Source of the DNA: a virus
Length of the DNA: 64,000 nucleotides
IMG/VR virus record: IMGVR_UViG_3300035670_000030
Coordinates: 64,001 to 128,000 of that record
Strand: one strand, 5' to 3'
The translations under genes were made by a program, and so were the position numbers. Positions 49,676 through 59,934 of this stretch are shown piece by piece (positions within the stretch are counted from its first letter, which is position 1; each line of letters opens with the position of its first letter). The notes under the pieces are model-generated. The model saw only the letters and a list, made by a program, of their open reading frames with translations. It did not search any database and had not been told where the DNA came from.

Positions 49676-50138
49676 ATTTCATTACCCATTCAAGTGGGGC
49701 ATAAGATGGATCATTTTTATATTTTTCAGCATATACAATCGTTTCTTCATATATAATATTTTCTTCTCTTTGTTCTGATGTTAAAGTAGAATTTAAATTT
49801 GTATTAGAAGAGCTACCATATTTAAGATCAATAGCCGCTTGTACACCAATATAAGAGGCAACAATAATTGCTACAATTTCAATTGTCTTTGTAAAAATAG
49901 TAACATAACCAGAAATCAATTCATTTTTACTTGGTAATAAAAATAATATTGCTACTGACAATAAATAAAAAAATAGCAAACCAATAAAAGAAGAAAATGC
50001 TAGAAAAAATTTTTTTGATTTAAAGTGGTTTTCTTTTCTTAATGAATTTTGTAGCTCAATTGGCGTTCCAGGTGGTACGCGATTAGAACTTAAAAAAGAA
50101 GCGGCACTGCTTACAATATTTTTTAAATTAGTCCACAT
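49668..50138 (-). CDS. Putative holin
   Basis: Two TM segments, KSKKFF before TM1, adjacent to the endolysin. Confidence 0.65.
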   Translation of the reverse strand: MWTNLKNIVSSAASFLSSNRVPPGTPIELQNSLRKENHFKSKKFFLAFSSFIGLLFFYLLSVAILFLLPSKNELISGYVTIFTKTIEIVAIIVASYIGVQAAIDLKYGSSSNTNLNSTLTSEQREENIIYEETIVYAEKYKNDPSYAPLEWVMKYE

Positions 50139-50139
50139 A

Positions 50140-50655
50140 TTATAAAAAGATCCAAACTAATGATGCAAATAATCCAGCCCCACCAATTGGAGCTAATAAA
50201 TTATAAGGCGGTGGCACAAAACCCATAATTTGTAAACCTAGTAATACCCCACCAGCAGCTGCAATAATTGCAGCAATCCATTTTAAACGATGATAACGTT
50301 TAATTGCATTAGTATATTTTTCAAGCCATTTTTGAGCTTCTGCTTGTTGTACTATACCCCACTCTTTTAGAGTCTCAATATCTTTTTTAAGTTTATCTAT
50401 TTGAGTGAAACTGTCTTTCAAATTCATGTTTGCTTTGCTCAAATTATCTTTAAGTTTCACATTTTCAGATTTAGCAATTTTTAATTCTGATTGTAACTCT
50501 TTAACAATTTGTTTTGCATCTTGTATTGGGGCTTTTGGTGTTACAACTACAGCTGGCGTTGTATCTACTTTTGATTTTGATTTAAACCAGTTAAATTGAC
50601 TATACCCAGTATTTATAAAAATTAATAATAAAATAAATGGAATAAATTTTTTCAT
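50140..50655 (-). CDS. Putative spanin-like protein (signal peptide, coiled coil, C-terminal TM hairpin)
   Basis: MKKFIPFILLLIF...GYS-Q; coiled coil; two hydrophobic segments at the C-terminus. Confidence 0.5.
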   Translation of the reverse strand: MKKFIPFILLLIFINTGYSQFNWFKSKSKVDTTPAVVVTPKAPIQDAKQIVKELQSELKIAKSENVKLKDNLSKANMNLKDSFTQIDKLKKDIETLKEWGIVQQAEAQKWLEKYTNAIKRYHRLKWIAAIIAAAGGVLLGLQIMGFVPPPYNLLAPIGGAGLFASLVWIFL

Positions 50656-50927
50656 ATAATTGGTTCTTTAATTAATTTAGAATTAGATTCTTCTTCTATT
50701 TGTTCAAGAAGCCTCTCTAATCTATCTGCTAATGTTAAAGCTTTCTCAACTTTTTCTCCAACAATAGTATTTGATTCTCCAGCTTTATCTAATTCACTTT
50801 TTGTTTTTTCAAGTGACTGAATAACTTCTTCGGTATTTGCAATTGGTGGTCCAGATTTTTTATGCGCTGGATCTAAGCATACACATCCAGTAAAAAATAG
50901 AATAAATATTAACGATAAATACTTCAT
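50652..50927 (-). CDS. Lipoprotein (putative o-spanin)
   Basis: MKYLSLIFILFFTG-C lipobox; ATG at 50927 lies 9 nt after GTGTAC (50937-50942). Confidence 0.65.
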   Translation of the reverse strand: MKYLSLIFILFFTGCVCLDPAHKKSGPPIANTEEVIQSLEKTKSELDKAGESNTIVGEKVEKALTLADRLERLLEQIEEESNSKLIKEPII

Positions 50928-50960
50928 ATTATATATGTACACACAAAATAAATTATAAAA

Positions 50961-53177
50961 TTAATTTATCCACAATTGAGAAGGATAAGATTTTGTTTTT
51001 ATTGCGCCTTGGGCGCTTGCGCAACTATTAACACAAAGTATTACATAATATGTATGTAAGCCCTGTCCAATTCCACATTGTGCAAACGTTAAGCCTGGAA
51101 TAATTTGTCTTTCGCCTCCGCCAGCTAATAATGCTTTATAATAAGGTTTGCCAATATTAGCTAAACTTCCACACCTACTTGGATCAGCTAAATAAGAACC
51201 TTCAATTGCTGCACCACATAAAGAAGTTGGGTAAATCATATAACTACTTGGTGTATAGTTACAGTCGAAATTCGCAGGCACAATGTCACTACTATTAAAA
51301 GATAAATCTGGAACTCCAATACAAACCGTCCCACCGCCGTCGTTTATTAAAGTAGCAGTCCCACCACATTCAGGACATATAGCTAAGGTAGATTGAGTTA
51401 ATGTTGGTGAACTCCGACTAGGGCTACTAGTAACATTTGCGGATCTTACGCGTATATAATAAGTAGTGTTGGCAGATAACCCAGTTACAATTTCACTATT
51501 TGTATAGATAGCTTTATCATTATAGCCAACTACAAAATTTGTAAAGCTAGAATTCGTAGCAATATCAAGACGATATTGATTCGCATTTGGGACAACATTC
51601 CAACTTAATGTAAATCCATTAGAAGTGACATTAGAACTTGTTGGCTGATTAGGCATTGCAGTCGCAGTCACTCTACCAATATATTGTGAATTATTACTTA
51701 TACCATCTTCATTCGCCGCACGAACTCTTATCCAGTATGTTGTAAAAGCTGATAAATTATTTACAATTTGACTTGTTCCATTTACTGTAAGATTATTATA
51801 ACCAATCACATAATTTGTAAAATTATTATCCGTAGCTACATCAAGACGATAATTTATTGCTGTTGGAACGCTATTCCAATTTGCCGTAAAACTTATATCA
51901 TTTACATTAGTTGTTGTGGGTTGACTTGGGGCAGCTGGAATTGCAATACTTTTTCGACTAATCGCTATATCCATCCAATCTCTTAATGAATCTCTTTGTG
52001 ACCAAGTGTTTCCATAATCATTAGATCCGTATAATTCTGATACACCATTAGCGATTTGGTATTTTCCATCTCCATTCATAGCTATATTGTACCATTTTTT
52101 TGGAAAATCTAATATTGGACCTTTTGGAGCCCAAGAGTTTTGGAGACCATAATTATTTGAAACCCATATTCTTCCATTATCTGCTACATCAACAATACTT
52201 TGATATTTACCATCATTACTTACGGATACATCATGCATAGCTGAATTTGGTGAAATTGATAAAATATTAAAAGAAATACCTGAATTATTAGAAATAACAA
52301 CTCCTCCTTCGGTAAAGAAAGCGGATAAAGTTATGTATTTACCATCCGCGCTCATACCAACACTAGTATATGTGCCAGGTCCGATATTCGCGCCAGACCA
52401 TGTTTCCCCATAATCTTTTGAAATATATAATCCGGAAAATAACCCTTCAGAACCTGGGCCTCCAACATATGTATTTGTAACCTGAAATTTACCATCAGAA
52501 GAAACACAAAGATTTACTAAATTACCATTATTTGGTACTGAAAATTTTGGATTCCATGTTTCTCCATAATCATTAGAAACATAAATATTATTAGGAAGAA
52601 GATCTTCATATGTAAAATTATTCCTAGATACTATGGCTGTTTGGTATTTACCATTACTACTCATCGCTACACGATACCATGCTCTCGGAGTGCTTATTTT
52701 TTCAATAAAATTTTGACCAGAATTGTTAGATACAAATATACCACCACTATTAACAACAGCCGTTTGATATTTAGCATCATGACTAATAGCTACCCCACGC
52801 CACCCTGATACTTCTCCAGTCGCTACCCATGTCTGTCCATAATCTTTTGATAAATAAATTCTACTTTCAGCTTGTTTACTTGCTGCTATTTGGTATTTTC
52901 CATCATTCAATATATAATCATCATCTAATGGTCTCTCACCCCATGTGTAATTATAATTTGTATTAGAAACTATATTTGTACTTGAATTTGGCTCCCAATT
53001 AGCAATTACATTTCCACTTGTGTAAATAACTTTAAAATTTGATAAAGTTTTGCCAAAAGGATTATCAAAAAATTGCCAAAAATCCCCCCCAGGGAAAGGC
53101 CAAAGTAAGGTATTCCCCAAATATAAGCGGCTAACAATTCCAGTACCTAGATAAAAATTATCAGCTTCTTGCAACAT
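50961..53177 (-). CDS. Fibre/receptor-binding protein: Asp-box beta-propeller, two fibronectin III domains, Cys-rich tip
   Basis: Repeated S.DYG.TW and MS.DGKYQ; two F...W..V.....Y.LD.AT...L...TTY.IRVR.AN domains. Confidence 0.8.
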   Translation of the reverse strand: MLQEADNFYLGTGIVSRLYLGNTLLWPFPGGDFWQFFDNPFGKTLSNFKVIYTSGNVIANWEPNSSTNIVSNTNYNYTWGERPLDDDYILNDGKYQIAASKQAESRIYLSKDYGQTWVATGEVSGWRGVAISHDAKYQTAVVNSGGIFVSNNSGQNFIEKISTPRAWYRVAMSSNGKYQTAIVSRNNFTYEDLLPNNIYVSNDYGETWNPKFSVPNNGNLVNLCVSSDGKFQVTNTYVGGPGSEGLFSGLYISKDYGETWSGANIGPGTYTSVGMSADGKYITLSAFFTEGGVVISNNSGISFNILSISPNSAMHDVSVSNDGKYQSIVDVADNGRIWVSNNYGLQNSWAPKGPILDFPKKWYNIAMNGDGKYQIANGVSELYGSNDYGNTWSQRDSLRDWMDIAISRKSIAIPAAPSQPTTTNVNDISFTANWNSVPTAINYRLDVATDNNFTNYVIGYNNLTVNGTSQIVNNLSAFTTYWIRVRAANEDGISNNSQYIGRVTATAMPNQPTSSNVTSNGFTLSWNVVPNANQYRLDIATNSSFTNFVVGYNDKAIYTNSEIVTGLSANTTYYIRVRSANVTSSPSRSSPTLTQSTLAICPECGGTATLINDGGGTVCIGVPDLSFNSSDIVPANFDCNYTPSSYMIYPTSLCGAAIEGSYLADPSRCGSLANIGKPYYKALLAGGGERQIIPGLTFAQCGIGQGLHTYYVILCVNSCASAQGAIKTKSYPSQLWIN

Positions 53178-53178
53178 A

Positions 53179-55083
53179 TCAATCGACTATTACATAAAAA
53201 GTAGCTGGATCTTTTACTGATAGCGCATTATATTCAGCCTGTGTTAGCTTAATCATATTATTAATAGTACCGTTACTTCTAACTGCTTCACCGCTTAAAA
53301 GAACGCCAGTACCCTGAACATTTGGCCTATTTTCAAAAGAAACGGTTCCGAGTAGCGATACAAGCACGTTTGATGGTCCGAACTGGCTAAAATATACTAT
53401 TGGTTGATTATTACTAGCCTTTATCACCAAAGAATCTGTACCATCCTGGTTATCTTCTGAAGTAAAATATGGAACTGTATTAATCTCAAGCGATGGTATT
53501 ATCTGAATTCTTTCAAATGATTTAATACCACTAATATTTTGATCACCAGTCGTATAAACTACATTATTTAAAGATACATCCGCAGCTTCTCCCTGTAATA
53601 AAACACCAGTCCCATTAACAGTTGGACGAGAAATAAAATTTTTAGTACCACTAATAGTTTGTTCTCCAGTATTATATACTAAATTATTACCATAAAATTC
53701 TTCTGCAATAATATTACCTTCACTTTCAACATTACTTTGAGTGGTTAAAGATGCTTTTGATATATATATACCGAAATCGTTAACTCCTATGCATTGAACT
53801 CTACCATCACTAGACATGCCAACGCTATATGAAAGGCCTGCTGCTGGTAATGGTGAATTAATAATCGTGTCACCATAATTGTTGGAAGTATAAAGGCTAG
53901 AAAGGGCAGCAAATAATAAAATTTTACCATTAGATGAGTTTGCCATATCAAATGCGGAAGTAGTATTATTTATTATTTGCCAATTTTGCCCATAATCGAT
54001 AGATTTGGCAAATATACCTCCCACGGTTGTTACAGCTACTTGAATTCTACCATCATTAGACATTTTAATGGATCGCCAAGCTCTACTCGTGTCTTTATTA
54101 GTCCAAAAATTACCGTAATCATATGAAACAGCAAGTGACTGACTATCTCTACAAGCAGCTTGAATCCTTCCATCGCTAGACATGCTGATACCATTCCATT
54201 TAATAGATCCAATAGAGTCGAATGTTTTTTGAACCCATGTGTTTCCATAATCTGTGGATACATAAATATTGCCATTATATTGAACGGCGGTTTGAATTCT
54301 GCCATCACTAGACATAGATACGTAGGGAGCCCCAACTGAGAACGTGTTAAGACGATTTACCCATGTATTTCCATAATCTGTCGATACAAAAAGTCTACTT
54401 TCCGTAGGACTACTTAATACAGCTCCAATTGTTATAAATTTTCCATCAACTGACATTGCTATTGATAAAATATTTGGAGATCTAGTAGAACTTAAGCCTA
54501 GTTCGAATTTTGTAGACCATGTTTTCCCATAGTCTTCAGATATATTTATAATTGAGTTTTTAGAGATGCTGTTTTGAGTATATTGAATTGAAGTCGCTAT
54601 AAGATTACCTTTGCTAGATATTGCTATGGCATTATATATTTTATTTGTACCAGATGTATTTGCTGCAGGTAATGCTAGTTCCCATCCCGTTCCAATTGTT
54701 GATGTTTTTAAATCCCACGGATTTTCTTCAATTCGAGTTCTTCCTAAATATAAGCTATTATTATTTTGGCCTATTAAAATATTTCCAGCTGAAAATGAGC
54801 CACCACCTGAAGGCTCATTCGTTATATTTTTAATCCCACTAATTAATTGATTTCCAGTTGTATAAACAACATTACTTGGAGCAACAGAATTAAATTCAAC
54901 CCATTGATTACCAGTATTATAATAATAATGTTTATTTTCTCCAGTTACATATACAATTATTCCAGCATAAGCTTTATTACTTGTGACTAATGCATTTCGT
55001 TCAGTTTGATTAGAAACGACAATTCTTGAATCTAATGGTACTGATGATGCTAAATCAAAATTTGTAGATACTTGTATTCCCAT
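53179..55083 (-). CDS. Fibre protein with Asp-box beta-propeller and VYTTGxQxISGxKxF shaft repeats
   Basis: Repeated VSTDYGNTW and MSSDGRIQ; C-terminal LTQAEYNALSVKDPATFYVI. Confidence 0.8.
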   Translation of the reverse strand: MGIQVSTNFDLASSVPLDSRIVVSNQTERNALVTSNKAYAGIIVYVTGENKHYYYNTGNQWVEFNSVAPSNVVYTTGNQLISGIKNITNEPSGGGSFSAGNILIGQNNNSLYLGRTRIEENPWDLKTSTIGTGWELALPAANTSGTNKIYNAIAISSKGNLIATSIQYTQNSISKNSIINISEDYGKTWSTKFELGLSSTRSPNILSIAMSVDGKFITIGAVLSSPTESRLFVSTDYGNTWVNRLNTFSVGAPYVSMSSDGRIQTAVQYNGNIYVSTDYGNTWVQKTFDSIGSIKWNGISMSSDGRIQAACRDSQSLAVSYDYGNFWTNKDTSRAWRSIKMSNDGRIQVAVTTVGGIFAKSIDYGQNWQIINNTTSAFDMANSSNGKILLFAALSSLYTSNNYGDTIINSPLPAAGLSYSVGMSSDGRVQCIGVNDFGIYISKASLTTQSNVESEGNIIAEEFYGNNLVYNTGEQTISGTKNFISRPTVNGTGVLLQGEAADVSLNNVVYTTGDQNISGIKSFERIQIIPSLEINTVPYFTSEDNQDGTDSLVIKASNNQPIVYFSQFGPSNVLVSLLGTVSFENRPNVQGTGVLLSGEAVRSNGTINNMIKLTQAEYNALSVKDPATFYVIVD

Positions 55084-55086
55084 AAA

Positions 55087-56085
55087 TTAAAAATTAAATC
55101 TAATTTGAAAATTAGAGTTTGTTGAATTGACTAAAGATTTATATACTAAATATGGATGTGTAGACCCATTTACTAAATTTAATAACATTCCCGAACCAGT
55201 AAAACTAGATGTTATATTAAAATTATTTTGATCTATTATTGAAGTTAAAGGTCCCCATCCCGAAGGATACGCTAACCAAAAACGGCTATTAACTGTATTA
55301 TATGTTAATGTAATAGGGTTTGGTTTACTTGAAACAACTTTAGTTCTTGGTGCGCCAGTAATTTGAGAAGCTGTTAAATTATCTTGTCCAGAGCCCCAGT
55401 AATAAGGAGCTTCAAAAATAATACTTCGCGTGTTACTTTGTATTTCAATTGGGCTGTTATTTTGATTTACGCCGCTAGCTTTTATATAAACATTATTAGA
55501 TGTATTACTTAAATTTATACCAACTGACCAATTAAAATTTTGAACTACTGGAATAAGCAGCGGTAAACGTCCAACATTATTTACATAGCCCTCTACATTT
55601 GTAAATGTATTTAAATTTAAACTACCAGTATTAATTGTACCTACAAAATTTATATTAGTAACCGTTCTTCCCAATTCTTGTACAGCAAAACTATTTAGAG
55701 AAATAGATCCAGAAACAAATGGATAAAAAACATTGTTAAGGAAAGAAACAACATCATTGCCACCAGGCGTTATTCCTTGAAAACCCTGAACATCAGCAGT
55801 GATTTCCCTATTTCCATCGAATAATGTTGAACCACCTAATTCGCCAGTTGTGGCCAGGCCAGACCCATTAAAAAATGGTCTATTATCAAATGTTTTTATT
55901 CCACTAATTGTCTGATTACCAGTTGTGTAAACAACATTTTGTCCAGTTAATTCAACTTCTGGATTGAATTCACTTAATATAAAATCTAACTCACCAAATG
56001 TAACAAAATATCCAGAACCGTAGCCGCTAACTAAATCGCCTACGTCTGGATGTAATTGATTTTTTCTGATTAAACTTTTCGCCAT
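55087..56085 (-). CDS. Fibre-associated structural protein
   Basis: NVVYTTGNQTISGIKTFDNRP repeat; WLAYPSGWGPLTSIIDQNNF domain. Confidence 0.65.
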   Translation of the reverse strand: MAKSLIRKNQLHPDVGDLVSGYGSGYFVTFGELDFILSEFNPEVELTGQNVVYTTGNQTISGIKTFDNRPFFNGSGLATTGELGGSTLFDGNREITADVQGFQGITPGGNDVVSFLNNVFYPFVSGSISLNSFAVQELGRTVTNINFVGTINTGSLNLNTFTNVEGYVNNVGRLPLLIPVVQNFNWSVGINLSNTSNNVYIKASGVNQNNSPIEIQSNTRSIIFEAPYYWGSGQDNLTASQITGAPRTKVVSSKPNPITLTYNTVNSRFWLAYPSGWGPLTSIIDQNNFNITSSFTGSGMLLNLVNGSTHPYLVYKSLVNSTNSNFQIRFNF

Positions 56086-56086
56086 A

Positions 56087-57991
56087 TTAATCTAATTTGC
56101 TGTGATATAATAAAATTGCTGTTTTATAATCTAAACCATACTCAGCCGCAATTTCATTAATCTTTTCCATATTGACATTTAATTGAACTGGCGCATTAAG
56201 ATAATCATTAATTTTGTTAACCCAGTCTTTCGGATTTTCATTTGTAGCAATTGTTTCTGCAATTGTTTGAATTATTTCTTTTTGTTCTTTTGTTAATCTT
56301 TTACGATTATATTTTTCTTTTAAAGTGGTTTCTACGGCTTCAACTAAATTATCAAATTTAACTAAATTTTTTGCAACTAGATCAGCATTAATTTTAGGTT
56401 TAATTTCTGAAGCTTGAACAGTTGGAGCCGTTCTTGGTGCTTTTGTTGTTTGTGGCGTTCCAGTTCCAGTTGGACGACCAGATTGTTGCTGTTGAGGTTT
56501 ATTTAAAAGTGGTTGATATAAACCTTCTTCCTGTAATTGTTTAAAATCTTTTTGAGATTCTACACTTTCATCTGGAAGTGGTAAACGTCCGGTTTCAATT
56601 GCTGTAATACCTTCTTCTGGAGTTAATACGCCAAGCTCAATTAAACGAGAATAAATTCTTGTTAAATTCATATCATTTTTAAAGTCTGCATCTTTAAAAC
56701 GAGCTACTGGTAAATTTTTAAATCCAAGATTTTTACCAATTTTTTTCATTTCTGGTAAAAGAAAATCATTCATAAAAGTTTCTCTGGCATGTTTTAAACG
56801 AGAAAGAAATACTTCTATTTTAGTATTTGTATTTGCATATTTTTCTTCACCAAAGAGTACATTATTTAAACCATAACGAATATCACGATCTACAACTTCA
56901 TATTTCTTAGGATCTAGAATATTACTAATTTCCGGAATGATAAATTTAATATTAGTTGTATAGTCAGTAACAAGAATACGTCCAACACTTTCATTTTCAA
57001 AAATTTTTCTTAATGTACTGATTTGTTCTTTGGTTGGCATACCAACTTCATCATTTCCCATTGTAACCAAAAGGACTGCTTGCTGTATGGTACGACTAAT
57101 TGCCATATCCATATTTTTAAGTTCTTGCTTCCAGTTAATATCTTCGAGAACTGGGAAGCCCATTGGGACGCTAAATGGTTCATAATCTTGTTTTTTATAA
57201 AATACAGGAACAAATCTTTCAGGATCTAATTCAAATATCATATATTGATTAGATTGGGTAATATTACTTGATGTTTTTAAATCTTTTACATTCTTAACCC
57301 TTTCTGCAAGTTGCTGGTCTTGTTCATTAGTAGGATTAGTTAAAACTTGCATTTCAAAATCATTTAAAACTTTAACATATTGAGGGGTAATAAATGATGC
57401 AGAGCCAATAGCTTGAACATCTGCTGGATTTAAAATAATATATCTAACTGGAATTTCACCAGTACGAGCCTCTGTGGTAATTAAATCCGTAAGCACTCGC
57501 ATATCTTGTTTTGTAAATTGCGCATTTAATTTGTAAAGAAATACATTACCGCTACGGAAAAACTCACGGAAAAACATATCTTGTAATTTCCATAAATTAA
57601 CACGATCCCCCCAAGCTTGGAAGAATTTGCGAGATTGCTCATTGCCACCAGTAAAATATATAGGAGAGCAACTAAATTCGGTCATTAAATCAATGGTATT
57701 TCTAAAAATAGAAAAATTGTAATAAGCTTTTTGACACAAGATAATAGTATCTTTTATACTTATATTAGAAGTATATTTACCATAACCGCCACCATAAATA
57801 AAAGGAATAACGCCACCTTCAATATTTTTATATTTATCAGTTCTAGAAATTGTAGAAGCTCTATTCCTTCTTACGGAAGTATTGACTTCGCCGCGACTGG
57901 CCTTGACTTCTATATTATCTTTTGATTTTATAGATCCTTCAATTACCTGTGGCTCTGGGAATTTAATATTTTTATTATTATTTCGTGCCAT
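56087..57991 (-). CDS. Portal protein
   Basis: Directly after TerL; FRNTIDLMTEF, FFREFFRSGNVF, KKQDYEPFSVP, ELGVLTPEE. Confidence 0.85.
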   Translation of the reverse strand: MARNNNKNIKFPEPQVIEGSIKSKDNIEVKASRGEVNTSVRRNRASTISRTDKYKNIEGGVIPFIYGGGYGKYTSNISIKDTIILCQKAYYNFSIFRNTIDLMTEFSCSPIYFTGGNEQSRKFFQAWGDRVNLWKLQDMFFREFFRSGNVFLYKLNAQFTKQDMRVLTDLITTEARTGEIPVRYIILNPADVQAIGSASFITPQYVKVLNDFEMQVLTNPTNEQDQQLAERVKNVKDLKTSSNITQSNQYMIFELDPERFVPVFYKKQDYEPFSVPMGFPVLEDINWKQELKNMDMAISRTIQQAVLLVTMGNDEVGMPTKEQISTLRKIFENESVGRILVTDYTTNIKFIIPEISNILDPKKYEVVDRDIRYGLNNVLFGEEKYANTNTKIEVFLSRLKHARETFMNDFLLPEMKKIGKNLGFKNLPVARFKDADFKNDMNLTRIYSRLIELGVLTPEEGITAIETGRLPLPDESVESQKDFKQLQEEGLYQPLLNKPQQQQSGRPTGTGTPQTTKAPRTAPTVQASEIKPKINADLVAKNLVKFDNLVEAVETTLKEKYNRKRLTKEQKEIIQTIAETIATNENPKDWVNKINDYLNAPVQLNVNMEKINEIAAEYGLDYKTAILLYHSKLD

Positions 57992-58010
57992 AATTTATTA
58001 TAACAGTTTA

Positions 58011-58016
58011 TTACAC
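58011..58016 (-). promoter_or_regulatory. GTGTAA putative late promoter (portal)
   Basis: GTGTAA 19 nt before the ATG at 57991. Confidence 0.6.
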
Positions 58017-58032
58017 TAAAATCTGATATTTA

Positions 58033-59934
58033 TTAGATTAATTCTGCTACAAAGGTTGTATTCTTTTTTACAAAATTTTCTGGAGCCATTATATCAAAAT
58101 AAGCTTTAACACCCCAATTCCCTAACATAAGAGTAGTATAATTATCTTTTCTTGCCCTGTTTACACTTGTAGATTTTCTTAAATGTGATGGTAGGTCAAA
58201 ACTTTGGGTACCCCTAGATGTTGTAGTTACTTCTACATTCGCACATTGGTCTTTAGTATCTTGAATAATAAAATCTTGTTCTTCTATAAATTCTCTAACA
58301 GTTAATTTTTTAGTTTCAAATTCATTATCAGCTTTGTCACCAATGCCTCTAGGATAAATATACTCCATAGGAAGATTCATTGTAAAAATATTTTCTAAAA
58401 TATCAGGATGGTTGCTAGCGCGCGATGCAAACCATATCTTTTTATGATCAATACAAGTTTGTAAATAAGAATTGGCGCGACCCAAGAAGAAACTAGTAAA
58501 ATATTGTTTAATACATATATTCCCGAAATCTTTATTATACTGACGAGCACAATCTTTTAACATCTTACTATAATCTTCATTTTCTTTATCAGATTCAAAA
58601 TCGACAAATCCAATTTTGCGATTCATGTCTTTAAAAAATTGAGAATTATTAACCGCATCAATAAATGTATCTGCACCCGCATGGTCAATTATAATTAAAG
58701 CAATATTAAAATTTTTATACAAATAATAAAAATACTTAATATGGTCTTGTAATGAAGACCCCGCAGCTTGATAACCATGAACAAGAACCCCTTGTTTTTT
58801 TTCTTCATCTAGTTCAATAAGACTCATAGCAAAATAGTCAGCAACCTTAGATGATGAAAAGTTCGGGTCAATTGCTAAAATATATTTTTTATCGCTATCG
58901 CCAATGACTTTAGTAGTAGGATATTCTCCATCTGGAATAGTACATTCATGCATTTTTTTGGGTGAGAAATAACTATCTCCACCATCAATAAAACGCGCGC
59001 AATATTCTCGTAAAAACGAATGATGTGAACTTCCGCCACTTTTAGCTACTTGAATTGCGGCTTGATCCACCATATGAGAAGGCAATGCTTCATAACCTAA
59101 TTGCGAAACAAAATAAGTTCCAGGCAATTCTCCTTCTTTAGTTTCTTGTTCTTCTGGATGTTCGATTAAATGCGACCATTGTTGGTAAACACGAAATAAA
59201 TGTTCAAATGTATAACTTGCAGAACTAAGAGCTAACATCTGAGAAGTATTCTCAAATATTTGTTTATTATCAGGATGTAACAATCCTTTTTTTATTAATT
59301 CATCTTCTAATTTTCTAATACGAATTCTTTCTCCTACGTCACGAGGAGAGCTTAAGAACGGAATGAGAACATTATCAATAATATCAGGAGGTAATAATAA
59401 AAACTCATCAAGAATTAGTACGTTAGCACGAATACCACGAATCTTTTCTCCAGTTAATGGAATAGCTGTAATACTTCCACCATTAACTTCCCATTCGTAT
59501 TGGTCATTACGCTTACTTTTTAAACCAAAACATTGACGTGCTAAAGCTGCTTGTGGAGAGCTTAAAAATTTTTCAATTTCATTAAAAACACGGCGACTCG
59601 TACGAAAGTTAATAGAAGCGATAAGAATTTTAGTTCCAGGTTCGAATATACATTTTAAAATACAATAAATTGCAGCACAAAAACTTTTTGCACATCCACG
59701 ACCCCAAACAAGCATACAATAATTTCTATTGAAAAAAGAATTTATTGTTAATTCTTGATATGATTCTAAATTTAAACCTAGAGCTAAGTCTGTTGTAAAT
59801 CCAAGATTATAACGAAGAAATTTCGCAAGGGAAATCCTTGCCTCTTGATCCGTTAAATCTCCTTTTAATTTTAAAAGTTCTTGATTAACAGGAACAATAG
59901 ATTTTTTATTTTGACTACCAACTATAAGGGCCAT
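58033..59934 (-). CDS. terL: Terminase large subunit
   Basis: Walker A GRGCAKSF, IRGIRANVLILDE, LSSA, FLREYCARF, nuclease AIDP and RKDNY. Confidence 0.93.
   Translation of the reverse strand: MALIVGSQNKKSIVPVNQELLKLKGDLTDQEARISLAKFLRYNLGFTTDLALGLNLESYQELTINSFFNRNYCMLVWGRGCAKSFCAAIYCILKCIFEPGTKILIASINFRTSRRVFNEIEKFLSSPQAALARQCFGLKSKRNDQYEWEVNGGSITAIPLTGEKIRGIRANVLILDEFLLLPPDIIDNVLIPFLSSPRDVGERIRIRKLEDELIKKGLLHPDNKQIFENTSQMLALSSASYTFEHLFRVYQQWSHLIEHPEEQETKEGELPGTYFVSQLGYEALPSHMVDQAAIQVAKSGGSSHHSFLREYCARFIDGGDSYFSPKKMHECTIPDGEYPTTKVIGDSDKKYILAIDPNFSSSKVADYFAMSLIELDEEKKQGVLVHGYQAAGSSLQDHIKYFYYLYKNFNIALIIIDHAGADTFIDAVNNSQFFKDMNRKIGFVDFESDKENEDYSKMLKDCARQYNKDFGNICIKQYFTSFFLGRANSYLQTCIDHKKIWFASRASNHPDILENIFTMNLPMEYIYPRGIGDKADNEFETKKLTVREFIEEQDFIIQDTKDQCANVEVTTTSRGTQSFDLPSHLRKSTSVNRARKDNYTTLMLGNWGVKAYFDIMAPENFVKKNTTFVAELI

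Noticed and set aside
2902-57925. Short antisense or nested ORFs in the ORF track (e.g. 35382-35741, 45585-46343, 20321-20548)
   Set aside because: They are shadows of long, well-supported genes, with no independent motifs or expression signals
6400-59934. Inteins or introns in nrdJ or terL
   Set aside because: Protein lengths are ordinary, motifs are contiguous, and no splicing or homing endonuclease motifs were seen
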